A stretch of 64,000 bases of DNA from Podarcis bocagei (taxonomy: Eukaryota): assembly GCA_964188305.1 (NCBI GenBank), contig OZ076886.1. The stretch is one strand, 5' to 3'. Under the pieces are notes generated by a model. The model searched no databases, was not told where the DNA came from, and was given only the letters and a program-made list of their open reading frames with translations. The stretch's first letter is position 1. Each line of letters starts with the position of its first letter. This document shows positions 48,101-57,840 of the stretch, piece after piece. Position numbers and translations under genes: made by a program.

Positions 48101-49947
48101 CCCTTAAGGATGTTTCAGATGCTTTTGCTGTTATACCCTTTCTTATTCTTCCCTTTCACGGAACTGTCTATAGAAACACAGTGTTCGCCACTTATCTTTG
48201 GTTCAATGAGATACTACAATCGTCAGGCTATGTTTGACCTTTTAAGGTATTGTTCTTTACTATTCCAGATGGGTATCCTTGGTCCACCAGGTCAGCAGGC
48301 CCCACCTCCCTATCCTGGACAAAATCCAGCAGCCCAGCAAGTTATGCAGCAGCCAACAACTCCTATGTTTGTCTCCCCTCCACCAAAGACGCAAAGGCTT
48401 CTTCATTCTGAGGCTTATCTGAAATACATTGAGGGTCTAAGTGCTGATTCAAGTAGTATTAGCAAGTGGGACCAGACCCTTTCAGGTAAGTCTACTTGCA
48501 GTAAACACAGAGACCCTAGAAAAAAATGTTTTTGAGGCTGGCCTTTTAATTCTACCCTTACTGTACAGTACAGTACTATACTGTATGAGTGGCTTGCCCA
48601 GTGTGGCAGAGCTGTAGCTGCCATTTACTGGGAGGAGGGGCAAAGTAGCTATAAGATTGGGTTACACAAGTGGGGGTGCTGGATTGTCTTTGCTGGTGTG
48701 CTGTGCAGCCCCGACCTGTGCTTGTGCCTCCCCATCCCTTAAAGTGGAAGTAGCATATCTGTGTATAAAGCCCTTCATCCATCATTCCCAACCATTGGTC
48801 ATGTTGACTGATATCGCCAACTCTCCTTTCTCCAGCTTTTAAAACAGCTGAAATGAGAATGTTTTATGCATTCAGAAATCTGCACTCCTCCATGAGATGG
48901 GAGTTCTATAATTGTGGAGCGTCTATTGTAAGCCTGTTTCAGCAAATGCTGTATAGTAAGTCCACAGGGAGCGGGAAGACAGCTCCTTCACCCCTGTTGG
49001 TAGTCACTAATGCAGATAAGTTATTCACAGTGCCTTTTAGCAATCTGTTGAAATCACTAAGGAGAGGTTCACTATTACCCTGCACAAGGGCTTCCGCTTA
49101 TAAAATGGAGCTTCTCCCCACTCTCCTCTTACCACACGCTCCCCGAAATTAACTTACAGTGGGGCAGGAGAATCCCAGAATATTGCAAGGGGGGCAGTGT
49201 TGAATTCAGTGCAATGTTGAAGTCCACCCATTGCTTTTAACCCTTTGTATGAATATTTGAATACAGTGGACCCTCCAGATACGAATTAAATTCGTTCCAG
49301 GGGTCCGTCCGCAAGCTGAAAAGTCCGTAGGCAAAGGCGCTGCTTCTGCACATGCATGCAGTGCGATTGAGCGCTTCTGTGCACGCCTGTGTGGCGAAAC
49401 CCAGAAGTATACACTTCTGGGTCTGCCGTGTTCGTAACCCGAAAGATACATATCCAGAGCGGGACATAACTAGAGGGTCCACTGTATTAGTTTTTATTTC
49501 AGTTTATGGATTTATCTGAAATTTCATGTAGTTGGGCTGTTAAGTGATTATTTAAAAAACTGATCAGAAGTGTGCATGTTTTTTTCAGCAGAAAGTTTTT
49601 AAAAGTTTCTATCAGCTAGCTCTGTCAAATCCTTTTGATTTCTGTGATTTCGTGTTCATAATTGAGTGCGTTCTCCCGCTGAAGTCCATGGTGTGGATTT
49701 TACTTATGAACTTTATTCCATTCATATTGTCAAGCTGTACAGAAATGTAACTGAATGCCCTTTTCCTTCTTCAGCACGAAGACGTGATGTCCATCTCTCA
49801 AAAGAACAAGAGAGCCGTCTTCCTACACACTGGTTGAAAAGCAAAGGGGCCCACACCACAATGGCAGATGCCTTATGGCGCCTTCGAGACTTGATGCTGA
49901 GAGATACTCTTAATATCCGTCAAGCATACAATATAGAAAATGTTTAA
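6969..49947 (+). CDS. PBRM1: Polybromo-1 (BAF180), PBAF chromatin-remodelling subunit; whole spliced CDS, 30 coding exons, 1687 aa with all exons included
   Basis: Exons join in frame across GT-AG introns from [14 protein letters not shown] to [10 protein letters not shown]; near-identical to vertebrate PBRM1; synteny with SMIM4 and NT5DC2. Confidence 0.98.
7543..7598. repeat. (TTA)n microsatellite just upstream of the exon 2 acceptor
   Basis: Directly visible. Confidence 0.95.
7618..7715 (+). CDS. PBRM1: PBRM1 coding exon 2 (bromodomain 1)
   Basis: [32 protein letters not shown]; tag/gtaagc. Confidence 0.97.
8745..8892 (+). CDS. PBRM1: PBRM1 coding exon 3 (bromodomain 1)
   Basis: [23 protein letters not shown]...NNAKSYYK. 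Confidence 0.97.
9180..9323 (+). CDS. PBRM1: PBRM1 coding exon 4
   Basis: [48 protein letters not shown]; cag/gtaagt. Confidence 0.97.
10047..10163 (+). CDS. PBRM1: PBRM1 coding exon 5 (bromodomain 2)
   Basis: [14 protein letters not shown]...[12 protein letters not shown]; cag/gtgagt. Confidence 0.95.
10497..10768 (-). mobile_element. CR1 LINE 3' fragment
   Basis: catagaatc-ttagagttggaaggg: CR1 3' end (ATTCTATG) on -. Confidence 0.8.
10964..11387 (-). mobile_element. Solo LTR (424 bp), Gypsy/BEL-like
   Basis: TG...CA ends with tgtcagg/cctgaca inverted termini, 5-bp TSD gtagc on both sides, AATAAA on - at 11029-11034. Confidence 0.8.
11486..11554 (+). CDS. PBRM1: PBRM1 coding exon 6 (bromodomain 2)
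   Basis: [23 protein letters not shown]. Confidence 0.96.
12366..12464 (+). CDS. PBRM1: PBRM1 coding exon 7 (bromodomain 2)
   Basis: [33 protein letters not shown]. Confidence 0.97.
13153..13238 (+). CDS. PBRM1: PBRM1 coding exon 8
   Basis: [28 protein letters not shown]. Confidence 0.96.
13532..13906. mobile_element. Penelope-like element end, inverted arrangement, decayed hammerhead
   Basis: Same family as 59593; inverted arms; decayed TSD cttatcttgacctt (13518) / cttatctcaacctt (13907); GAAA changed to AAAA. Confidence 0.8.
15087..15182 (+). CDS. PBRM1: PBRM1 coding exon 9 (96 nt, frame-symmetric, probable cassette exon)
   Basis: [31 protein letters not shown]; weak aag acceptor, donor gtgagt. 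Confidence 0.92.
15281..15355 (-). mobile_element. CR1 LINE 3' tip
   Basis: (catagaat)n-agagttggaagagacc. Confidence 0.8.
16208..16266. repeat. (CT)n(GT)n compound microsatellite
   Basis: Directly visible. Confidence 0.95.
16319..16720 (-). mobile_element. L2 LINE 3' fragment
   Basis: Minus-strand peptide [15 protein letters not shown]...[10 protein letters not shown], typical of the L2 ORF2 C-terminus; (TAAA)n tail. Confidence 0.8.
16735..16960. mobile_element. Tigger-like MITE
   Basis: TA-cagtggtacctcgggtta...taacccgaggtaccactg-TA. Confidence 0.85.
17366..17407. repeat. (AC)n microsatellite
   Basis: Directly visible. Confidence 0.95.
17527..17618 (+). CDS. PBRM1: PBRM1 coding exon 10
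   Basis: [30 protein letters not shown]. Confidence 0.96.
18059..18541. mobile_element. Non-autonomous hAT element
   Basis: TIR cagggccggattta / taaatccagcactg; TSD ctctgtgc / ctctgtac. Confidence 0.8.
19197..19413 (+). CDS. PBRM1: PBRM1 coding exon 11 (bromodomain 3)
   Basis: [20 protein letters not shown]...[10 protein letters not shown]. Confidence 0.96.
19955..20218. mobile_element. Non-autonomous hAT element
   Basis: tagggctgg...ccaggccta ends; 8-bp TSD gttgtgaa. Confidence 0.8.
20684..20825 (+). CDS. PBRM1: PBRM1 coding exon 12 (bromodomain 3)
   Basis: [47 protein letters not shown]. Confidence 0.97.
21421..21518 (+). CDS. PBRM1: PBRM1 coding exon 13
   Basis: [32 protein letters not shown]. 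Confidence 0.97.
22124..22271. mobile_element. Non-autonomous hAT MITE
   Basis: cagtgctt...aagcactg; perfect 8-bp TSD cttatacc. Confidence 0.85.
22326..22455. mobile_element. Palindromic hAT MITE (ctacaactcccatcatccc family)
   Basis: Fold-back structure; 8-bp TSD tattaaat. Confidence 0.85.
22850..23240 (+). mobile_element. Degenerate L2 LINE fragment
   Basis: agggccttttcagtggtggca = RAFSVVA motif. Confidence 0.6.
23371..23652. mobile_element. Non-autonomous hAT element
   Basis: caggcatgtccaac...gttggatgtgcctg; perfect 8-bp TSD ttctatac. Confidence 0.85.
23831..24107 (+). CDS. PBRM1: PBRM1 coding exon 14 (bromodomain 4)
   Basis: [23 protein letters not shown]...[11 protein letters not shown]. 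Confidence 0.97.
24988..25093 (+). CDS. PBRM1: PBRM1 coding exon 15
   Basis: [35 protein letters not shown]. Confidence 0.96.
26713..26850. mobile_element. Palindromic hAT MITE
   Basis: Long fold-back ttctcaacctgtgggtccccagatgttgttgga / tccaacaacatctggggacccacaggttgagaa. Confidence 0.8.
26912..26951. repeat. (GT)n(GC)n(GA)n compound microsatellite
   Basis: Directly visible. Confidence 0.9.
27155..27797 (+). CDS. PBRM1: PBRM1 coding exon 16 (bromodomains 5-6, 643 nt)
   Basis: [27 protein letters not shown]...LERARRMNR; matches ORF 27193-27801. Confidence 0.98.
27852..28036. mobile_element. Short Penelope-like element end with 26-bp inverted arms and (TTA)n
   Basis: Arms 27914-27939 / 27983-28008 are perfect; TSD tagtgct at 27845 and 28037; partial hammerhead. 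Confidence 0.8.
28406..28536. mobile_element. Palindromic hAT MITE; decayed relatives at ~8245-8370, 8505-8580, 15750-15885 and 17730-17850
   Basis: Near-perfect fold-back; 8-bp TSD tgatatag. Confidence 0.85.
28838..29049 (+). CDS. PBRM1: PBRM1 coding exon 17 (end of bromodomain 6)
   Basis: [27 protein letters not shown]...KREEEKR. Confidence 0.97.
30068..30123. repeat. (TTA)n microsatellite, tail of a LINE fragment
   Basis: Directly visible. Confidence 0.95.
30359..30544 (+). CDS. PBRM1: PBRM1 coding exon 18 (BAH1)
   Basis: [42 protein letters not shown]...LWEDSA. Confidence 0.96.
31442..31599 (+). CDS. PBRM1: PBRM1 coding exon 19 (BAH1)
   Basis: [35 protein letters not shown]...VVMFVK. 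Confidence 0.97.
32021..32287 (+). CDS. PBRM1: PBRM1 coding exon 20
   Basis: [25 protein letters not shown]...HTLSLEK. Confidence 0.96.
32420..32540 (+). mobile_element. L2-type reverse transcriptase remnant
   Basis: [22 protein letters not shown] (decayed YADD motif). Confidence 0.7.
32794..32939 (+). CDS. PBRM1: PBRM1 coding exon 21 (BAH2)
   Basis: [48 protein letters not shown]. Confidence 0.97.
33110..33267 (+). CDS. PBRM1: PBRM1 coding exon 22 (BAH2)
   Basis: [30 protein letters not shown]...PMTCIL. Confidence 0.97.
33790..33988. mobile_element. Truncated Tigger-like MITE
   Basis: Reverse-complement similarity to 36201-36451; right TIR aaccaaggtatgattg-TA. Confidence 0.7.
34304..34487 (+). 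CDS. PBRM1: PBRM1 coding exon 23 (BAH2)
   Basis: [23 protein letters not shown]...VDDEIYYF. Confidence 0.97.
35433..35643 (+). CDS. PBRM1: PBRM1 coding exon 24
   Basis: [30 protein letters not shown]...DIMPYTPPQ. Confidence 0.96.
36201..36451. mobile_element. Tigger-like MITE
   Basis: TA-cagtcatacctgggttt...aaaccaaggtacgactg-TA. Confidence 0.82.
36591..36792 (+). CDS. PBRM1: PBRM1 coding exon 25 (HMG box)
   Basis: [55 protein letters not shown]...KKAEYE. Confidence 0.97.
37353..37530. mobile_element. Non-autonomous hAT element (another probable one at 36947-37252)
   Basis: tcttcaac / gttgaaga TIRs; TSD atctaagg / atctaaag. Confidence 0.65.
37620..37845 (+). mobile_element. CR1 LINE 3' fragment
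   Basis: tggaggtatttaagcagaggctgga...cccttccaattctatgattc. Confidence 0.78.
41398..41562 (+). CDS. PBRM1: PBRM1 coding exon 26 (165 nt, phase 1-1 cassette)
   Basis: [55 protein letters not shown]. Confidence 0.95.
45482..45628 (+). CDS. PBRM1: PBRM1 coding exon 27 (147 nt, phase 1-1 cassette, Pro/Gly-rich)
   Basis: [49 protein letters not shown]; aag acceptor, gtaaga donor. Confidence 0.94.
47399..47466 (+). CDS. PBRM1: PBRM1 coding exon 28
   Basis: [23 protein letters not shown]; cag/gtaagt; restores frame between exons 27 and 29. Confidence 0.93.
48269..48485 (+). CDS. PBRM1: PBRM1 coding exon 29
   Basis: [17 protein letters not shown]...[18 protein letters not shown]...KWDQTLS. Confidence 0.97.
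49264..49484. mobile_element. Tigger-like MITE
   Basis: TA-cagtggaccctc...gagggtccactg-TA. Confidence 0.85.
49775..49947 (+). CDS. PBRM1: PBRM1 last coding exon
   Basis: [57 protein letters not shown]. Confidence 0.97.
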
Positions 49948-52900
49948 TCCTCTTTCGATACCAACATATAAAATTTTTGTGGAACAATAGCTGTTTGTTA
50001 TTGGTGGGGGAGGGCAAACTGGTTTTATTGCATCTTACTGTACATTGCAAGATTGTTTTTTTATATAAGGACACTTTTAATAAGCATATTTCACTTTTTG
50101 TTATATTATGTTGACTTTTTTAAAAATATACAGACTTGTGCATATGGTTCTTTAACTTGGAAGATGATCTCACACTTTTGTTATAAATGCAAAATAAGGT
50201 TACATCATTTGGCCTTACACGGAGGTTCTCATGCCTTTTTTTTTTTTTAAGCAGCAAGAGTGTGTAGCGAAGAGAAATGTGAAGTTAATCCCAGTTTGCA
50301 TCTTAGCAGCATGAGCATCCATGTGCTTGTGTGGTAGTGACTTTTGGCAGATACATCAGAAGAACTTAAAGCCTTCCTTTAAATAAAGCTACTAGGGTAG
50401 GGAGAAGATGGAATCAACTTGGTAAATGTAAGGCCTTTTTTATTTGTTCCCAGAACTTGATAAAAGGAAATAAGCAAGACTGTATCTTTTGATTTGACCA
50501 CCTTTTGTTGGCACATATAAGTTCAAAGTGGGGCTTGTATTGATGAGTCTGCTTTAAGAGATCTGCAGACATGAAGGCTTGCATGTGATGCCAGTAGACA
50601 TTGGCCTGATGATAGTGTGCTACCTAATTTATTTCTCCAGGATGAGACCTGTGCTCATCACCACCAGCACCACCTCCTTGGGAAATACTTGAGTAAGCTT
50701 AAGTATAAAGGGGGAGGGATTTCTACTTTGCTGTCTTAATATGAAGGATGCATAATATCTTTGAATTCTCAGATCAGAACATTTATACATGTGTATTTTT
50801 AAAGGTGCAAAGCTTTAGTTTCCAAGACCTTCACTTCGAAATCAGAATTGGATGTTTTGTTTCTTGTAGTTTAAGGTTCCCACTGCAAATTTAATGCAGT
50901 TTATAACTAATATTGGAAGGTAAGTAACAGAGCATGCAAAAGGAGCATATGTATTTTAACAGCTTAAAATAAGTGCTCTATTCAGGACTTGGTATTTTGA
51001 CACTTTTTCTTTAAAGGTTGCTCTGATGAAAGCACTGCAGTCCTACTGTTGATAATTTTTATACACATAGTCCTAGCTGTACAGCACTGCTTATAAGCCT
51101 AACACAGCAGATCATCATATGTAGGAATTGGTGTCCTGAACCTACATAAATTTATTTAGAAAGTTAATCTAATTTTTGTTCCCACAGTTATAGGACAATA
51201 CAGCATTTGTCTTTACTAGTAACAGTAGTCACAAAGCAGAGAGTTCCTTAAGGCATGTAAAAAGTCCTAGGTGAAACCAGTTGGAGTTGTTAGTTGTGTA
51301 GTTCTGTTTTGTTGCCTGAGGGCCAGACTACCAATGGCATTAATTGCATAGCCTGCTTTTCACTGCACACTTTTTCTTCCATAAAACAGGGGGGGGCAGG
51401 GGTAGCGAATTCAAGAGCTTTTTCTCCCGTGCAAATTGTAGGCATGGGCCCCTCAAATCAAGGGTAGAACCCTGTCCCCAATACTAGTCATTTTTCAGAG
51501 AGGTTTGCACATAAACTCTGATAAACATCATGTGTAATAGTATAGCCCTGATACTAGGATTTTCTAGTTCAGCAGCCTTCCTTCTTTGGGTGACATCCAT
51601 CATAGCACAAGGGGGCATCCACTTGTAGAAAGAGGAGCACCTCCTTCATGTGCACCCCCAAAATATGCTCCAGAGGGTTGGGGGACTGGAGGGGAAGGAT
51701 GGAGCCTTGTTGCAAAGATGGGCTGCCACAATTAGATCTCCCTCTTCATCTTTAAAGTTAGATTTATAAGTTTAGAAAAAACAGCTTTGAATGTTGACAA
51801 GTAAAGGAATGCTTATCAAGCATGGATTCAAAGAAATAATTCAGGAGGCCACCACCTGACAAAGCTTGCACAAATATCAGTTAGGAGGCACGTTAGAAGT
51901 CATGTTTAATTACGAGGTTGATTTTAACGAAGAATTGTTGCCATGCTGGCTTCAGAGAATGAGTGGTTCATCAGGATAAGTAACTGTCTTATTGGACCAA
52001 CTTTAGTTCACCCAATGAAAATTACATTCCATTACCTATTTTAACACACATCCAGAAAAATGTATATTTAGTTGATGTTTCTGGATCTGTTTCAGTGATA
52101 CAATGCATTATGAAGATGACAGCAAGTAGCCTGTGAAAAATATACTATTAAAGTTTTGGTTCTTCAGATGAGGTACTAATGCAAAATACAATATTAATAT
52201 TACAGAGATTTTTGTATCCTTATCATTATATCATATGTGGCACACATCTTAGTATATGGCCTTTGCAATTTTTAAAAACCTCACAGATCTCTGCATGCAC
52301 CCAGGAGTTTTCCTTGGGTGACTTAGCAGAAGCTGCCAATGCCAAATCAGCTCAGCACTGGGAGCTACTGAGGCGAGTGCATGGGTGCTCTTCTGGATCG
52401 TGGCCAGTGTGTTTGAAATTACCTCTCACATTTCAGTTTCAATGTCAAAAGGAGGCAGCAAGTCCTAGATCTTTAGTACTTGGAAACACCATAGACTTTT
52501 ACTAATACAATCACTTTTTGTTTTAGGTATTGCAAAAACTACACCAAAGAACCTGGAATTTATTTATTTTTATTTATTTAAAAAATAAACAGGAGACACC
52601 CTTTGAATGCTGTATAATTCAGGAGGATCAGTGTTGAATAATATGCAGCATTGTTTTTCCCATACATTTAAGAAGAGGGCAGCTTCACTATTTCTAATAA
52701 TCCAGGAGTAAACAATTAGAACTGTAAATGAGACCTTTGCCTTTTCTATGGCAGTGCAGAGCACTCCTCCTAGACCATTAGGCTGGCCCTAATTATTTTA
52801 AATTTAATTTATTCCAAAATCATGTCTCTGTTTACTGGGGGCATTTCAGTAACATGTAGGATTAAAGTTTGATGGCTACAATCCAGTATTGCACAACCAG

Positions 52901-53350
52901 CTAACTAAACTTTTCTAACTATAAATTGTTGAGAAGAAGAGCAAACCATGTCTTTTTTTGACCATTTGGACCCATTATTTTTTTTTCCTACAGCCATGCA
53001 CTGTATTAGAATAAAAGGACATTGACTATTCAAATAAGAGTCTGGGAAATGGTTGGCTTGAGTGGAAAACATGTTTCAGTGAACCAGTTTGGAAGTGATC
53101 AGCAGTTCATCTCCTATTCCATATTCCCCACTCTTCCCTTAGAGCAAATGTGTTTATGTAATAATTCAAGTTGATGTTTTATAATATACTTTTCAGCATA
53201 TATGCTTTTTGGACCTGGTTAATCCATGCCTCATTTTTTACTCCTGGTTGTATACTCCATTGAGTAAAGTGATAACTAGTCAATGTGCATGTACTATCAG
53301 TTTGTCTGAGGCTTTTTAATTTGAATAAAAATAGCTTGCAGTTTGGATTA
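49948..53350 (+). other. PBRM1: PBRM1 3' UTR, probable distal poly(A) signal AATAAA at 53324-53329
   Basis: AT-rich sequence after the stop; AATAAA at 50382, 52584, 53010 and 53324, the last followed by GT/T-rich sequence; end is inferred. Confidence 0.6.
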
Positions 53351-54656
53351 GCCAGGTTTGATGTCTTATTCTTAGTTTTCCTGGAAATCTAGACGTGTCC
53401 TATAAAAAACCACAGGGATAAGCAAGCTATACATACTGTCACAGTTCCCCCAAAAAGCAATCCTAGGATAATATGAAACTATCTGAACTGTCCTAATATA
53501 GAGCTGTATCAAATCAATACACAGATCCACTGAATCTTAGGTGTATGATGGTGGTCACACATTTTGCCTGTCTGGAAAATCACTGTTGAATTCACTTAAT
53601 GCTTAATTCCTACATACATGTACGGCTTATATAGTATGTGACCTATAGAAGGAATGTTAAACGTCCTTAATTTCATTAGATCTACTTGTACCATAATCAA
53701 TACCAGCAAAGTGCACTCTACATCTCAAAACATTATTTTTACAAATTATAGGCACCTGTGTGTTCATGCATTAGGACTCTGATGTGAGTAACGCGTAAGT
53801 TTATACAAGCTTGAGGTCTATTTCTTGGGGCATATTGTGGTTAACTTAGGTTAAATTACCCCCAAAAGTAATTTGTACTAAATACCAAAGACTATACAGT
53901 ACAATTTCAAGCCATTAAAGCAGGTGTGGCTAATGTGCAGGCTGCGTCCAGTTCCAAGAGACGGTGGGTGCATGACAATGACACACACATTTTATTATTT
54001 AAATAATAAAGCCACTTCTATACTTGGCCATGACATGCGGCCCTCTGAAGACTGACCCTGGATCAATGTGGTCGTTGGCTCAAGAAACATTAGCCAACCC
54101 TGCAAAGGCTAATAACAGATGAACCACTCACTGCTTCCCTTGATTCAGCAGCTGTTTAGAGCGACTGGAACAAGCTGAAAAGGGGGAAATGTACTAAAGT
54201 TTTCCAGAGCAAAGCTTCCAGAATTCTCTGCGGCCATGCATGGACAAGGCTCATGATTGCTTGCTACATCTGAACCAGCCCAGTGTCATGCCAAACAGGT
54301 TCCCTAAAATGAAAAGAGAAGCAGTACTACAAGTTGTATTTGTGGAAGGGTTTATAAAAAACAGGTGATTAATCAATAAACCAATGATGAAATGTTTTAG
54401 ATGTACAATTAATTACAGCTTCTGAAATAAATATAAGTATTGTAACCGGTCTTTACTGTTCAGTTCCTGGGTAGCTGTGACTACAATAAGACAACTACAG
54501 CATCTTCTTCCAGCAACCTGGGTAGCAAAAACTTCATGGGACTCGAAACAGTCATTGTTCAGTCTGAACACTTGTAATTTTCTTAATTTAGATGTGAAAG
54601 GCAAGTAGGATTTAGAAGTTCAGATTTCACTTCATCTAAATTATTCAGTGTCAAAG

Positions 54657-54718
54657 TCATCTTCCTTCCAAATTTTGCTCATGCTGTCTCTCAGACCTTT
54701 TTCTACGGTAAACGTCAT
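54657..54718 (-). CDS. SMIM4: SMIM4/UQCC5 last coding exon (protein 70 aa in total)
   Basis: ttttacag acceptor; (Y)DVYRRKRSERQHEQNLEGR*, in phase with the previous exon. Confidence 0.93.
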
Positions 54719-56170
54719 CTGTAAAATATTTATTTCTCAAAATACTGTGGTGGAAACATCCTTTAAATGCATCTTACATTCATTACGTCACTTCGTTAGA
54801 CAGCTATCCCCCGCCTCCCGCAATGTAAACAATCAGCTGAATGGGCTGATTCATGCCAAACCAGATCACAGCACCAAATACCGTATTTTGAAGAATATAC
54901 CATGGCAATGAGTGAATGATTTATAGAAGCAAAGCTTGTTAGAGCAAGGATGGGGAATGTGATCTGACCAAAGCACTGGATCTAGAACTGACCCACGAGT
55001 AGACCCTTTTTAATAGGCGAGTGGGACGATCCACTTATCAATCACCTGATACATATATGGTGAATCAAAGTTTAAGCTGTGGCAGAAGTGTTAGGCTTAT
55101 CTCCGATCTTAATACTTTTTGTCCCACAGCACTAAAATTTGGAGATAAGCCTCTCCCACTGCCTTTCACTATCAAGCAGCAAGTAGAGGCACATCTCCTA
55201 GTGCAGTAGGACGAGAACCAAGAGAAGAGACAAGCCTCTGCTTGTTCTTTTATGGTAGAAAACAGTAGAGTCTTATTTATCTCTGATCTTGTGCTGTAAT
55301 TCCATAGCACTATGATCAGAGAACGGCTGCCTGCTCTGGCAGTTTACTGTCAAAGAGCAGGCAGAGGCTTATCTGATCTTAGCACTAACCTTCAAAGACT
55401 AGAGAGAAGAGATCCCTCATCTCCAAGGTTAGATCAAAGATAACAGATCCAGCCATGTTCCAATTCAGAATACCAGAAATTATATAACCAGGCATCATAA
55501 AACAGGTGAATATGGTTTAACCAAAATAGCCTCATGGGAGAAACTAGCCAGGTTACTGCTGACTTAAGTCTGCTACCTATTTCATGAGATGATACTGCTG
55601 GTACTTACCCGTGAAGGGTTGCTTTTCATGCATGTAAGATGACAGCCAATGGTTGACAGCAGGTAAAACCATTTTAAGAAAAACAGGCTTCCTTGGTGGC
55701 TGTGGCTGAGAATCATTCATTCTAACTTTTTCAAGGGAGGGGGAAGATCACTGAGCATATACAGTAGCTGACTAAACCATCAACTTCTTAAATGACCAGT
55801 CTAGGTATCGAATTGGGCATAGCACTGAAATTGCACTTTGTGAAATATGTCACTTGTCTCTTAGAAGAGCAGCAAGGGCAACTGCATCCCATTAAAGAGT
55901 TCTGAGACCTTTAATACCATTAGCCATAAAGTCTTAAGTTATCCATATTGTGGTTACCTGTTTGAGATCTTATTGGGCTATTTCTCCATTTAATAAAAGC
56001 TGAACATAAAGCAAAGCAAATCTTCAGGTATGATTAAGCAATTATGAACTTATTTTAGAGGTAATGGGTTACACAAACTAGGAAATATCTGTTAAGTCTA
56101 GGCTTTTAACAATGACTGTAGATATATCTGCTAAGAGATAAATACCAGAAAACGTTATGAAAATACTTAC

Positions 56171-56321
56171 AAAAAGTCTCTTGCCCAATTCGGACTCTGA
56201 TCATAAACCATTCCATAGCACCTCCAAGGATAAAAAAGAAAGGGAGAAATCGATATACTCCAAAGCGTTGCTTTCCAGGCACCATGTTCAAGAGTAGTTT
56301 TATTTTATGTTTGACAAGCAT
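56171..56321 (-). CDS. SMIM4: SMIM4/UQCC5 first coding exon (exon 56363-56171), small mitochondrial inner-membrane complex III assembly factor
   Basis: MLVKHKIKLLLNMVPGKQRFGVYRFLPFFFILGGAMEWFMIRVRIGQETF; VPGKQRFG-YRFLPFFF-LGG-MEW signature; donor gtaagt at 56170, acceptor ttttctag at 56364. Confidence 0.95.
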
Positions 56322-56540
56322 TTTACATAGGAACTTATAATCCTTGCAAAGGAGTGGTTGATCCTAGAAAATGTAAAAAATTGATAAGATTGATTAATCA
56401 ACCTATATGGAGAGTAGCTAATGAAACCAACTGGGTTTCATATCTTTCTTGTACACAACTTGACCCTGTGCAATAAACATTCAAAACTCAAATGATAAAG
56501 AGCTATGCAGACTGATCTATGCACGCTTTCTCATTAGTAA

Positions 56541-56880
56541 GGTAAAGGTAAAGGGACCCCTGACCATTTAAGTCCAGTCGTGACCGACTCTGAGGTTGCG
56601 GCACTCATCTCGCTTTATTGGCCGAGGGAGCCGGCATACAGCTTCCAGGTCATGTGGGCAGCATGACTAAGCTGCTTCTGGCGAGCCAGAGCAGCGTACG
56701 GAAACACTGTTTACCTTCCCACCAAAGTGGTACCTATTTATCTACTTGCACTTTGACATGCTTTTGAACTGCTAGGTTGGCAGGAGCCAGCACTGAGCAA
56801 TGGGAGCTCACCCCGCCGCGGGGATTCGAACCGCCGACCTTCTGATCGGCAAGTCCTAGGCTCTGTGGTTTAACCCACAC
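56541..56880 (-). mobile_element. Sauria-type SINE in the SMIM4 5' intron
   Basis: (ACCTTT)n tail on -, B-box ggttcgaatcc on -, 13-bp TSD ttctcattagtaa (56528, 56881). Confidence 0.88.
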
Positions 56881-57640
56881 TTCTCATTAGTAAATTCCAC
56901 TTAATTGGCAATTATTCCTAGGACAGTGTGCGTATGAATGTATTCTTGAAATTATATGCATTCTATCATTTTCACATTCATTTATAGAATGACTCATAAA
57001 TAGCGCTATGACAGTATTTTAATCCACACAAGCTTTTCAGCTTCCAGATGAAATGATCCCCCTCTCCTCCCCCATGCACTAATATGAGGGTTCTCCTGAA
57101 TTACTCACCAAAAAACCCTGGAAACCACTTTTCCGACAGTAGAACATAATTATGCTTCTGTTGTAAATCACTGCCCTATTGGCTGTTGGAACAGGCTACC
57201 CATCCCTGTTTTATAATACAGATTGTATATTTGAGGTACCTGCAGAATTTTACAGTGTGTATCAGTCAATACGCTCAGTAGACCCTTCACAAAACTTGAT
57301 CACTACTTCAGCCTACTATTTACAGCTGCTTTCTCTTTGTATTTAAGACAAATAGCTACCTATTCTCAACAAACATGCAACTAGATGCTTGTTTATCAGG
57401 TGACCTTGTTCCTGGAGGAAAAAGGGGCTAAATTAATACCTTAGTCATGACTCGTTTTAGTCTTGTTTTCAGTTAGTCTGTTAGCCCATCTAGTCCTTTA
57501 TCCAGGACAGGATGGAAGCTGGGCATAAGCACAGCAGCATTTCCTCCTTTTGTAATTCCCAGTAACTAGTATGCAGAAGCTATCAATTTCCAATAACCAT
57601 TGTGACTAGCAGCCTTACCCTCCATGAATTTTGTCTAAAC

Positions 57641-57840
57641 CAGGACCAGCCCATGCATGAGACAAGGCGAGGCGACTGCCTCAGGTGGAAAGATCCATAG
57701 GGGCAGCAGACTCCCTTGTTATCTTTATGCCCACCCCCTTTCCTGATGTAGCTCTTCACCCACTCCTTCCCTGGCGGGGAGGAAGGGGGCCGCCATTCAG
57801 TGGTTTGCCTAAGGCAGCAAAATGTCTTGAGCGGACCCTG
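57641..57840. mobile_element. Probable hAT element (related copy at ~62357-62552)
   Basis: cagg...ccctg ends; shared gcctcaggtgg..gatcca.agg.gcagca motif between the two copies. Confidence 0.55.

Noticed and set aside
56815-56880. tRNA-like B-box
   Set aside because: Head of the Sauria SINE, not a full cloverleaf
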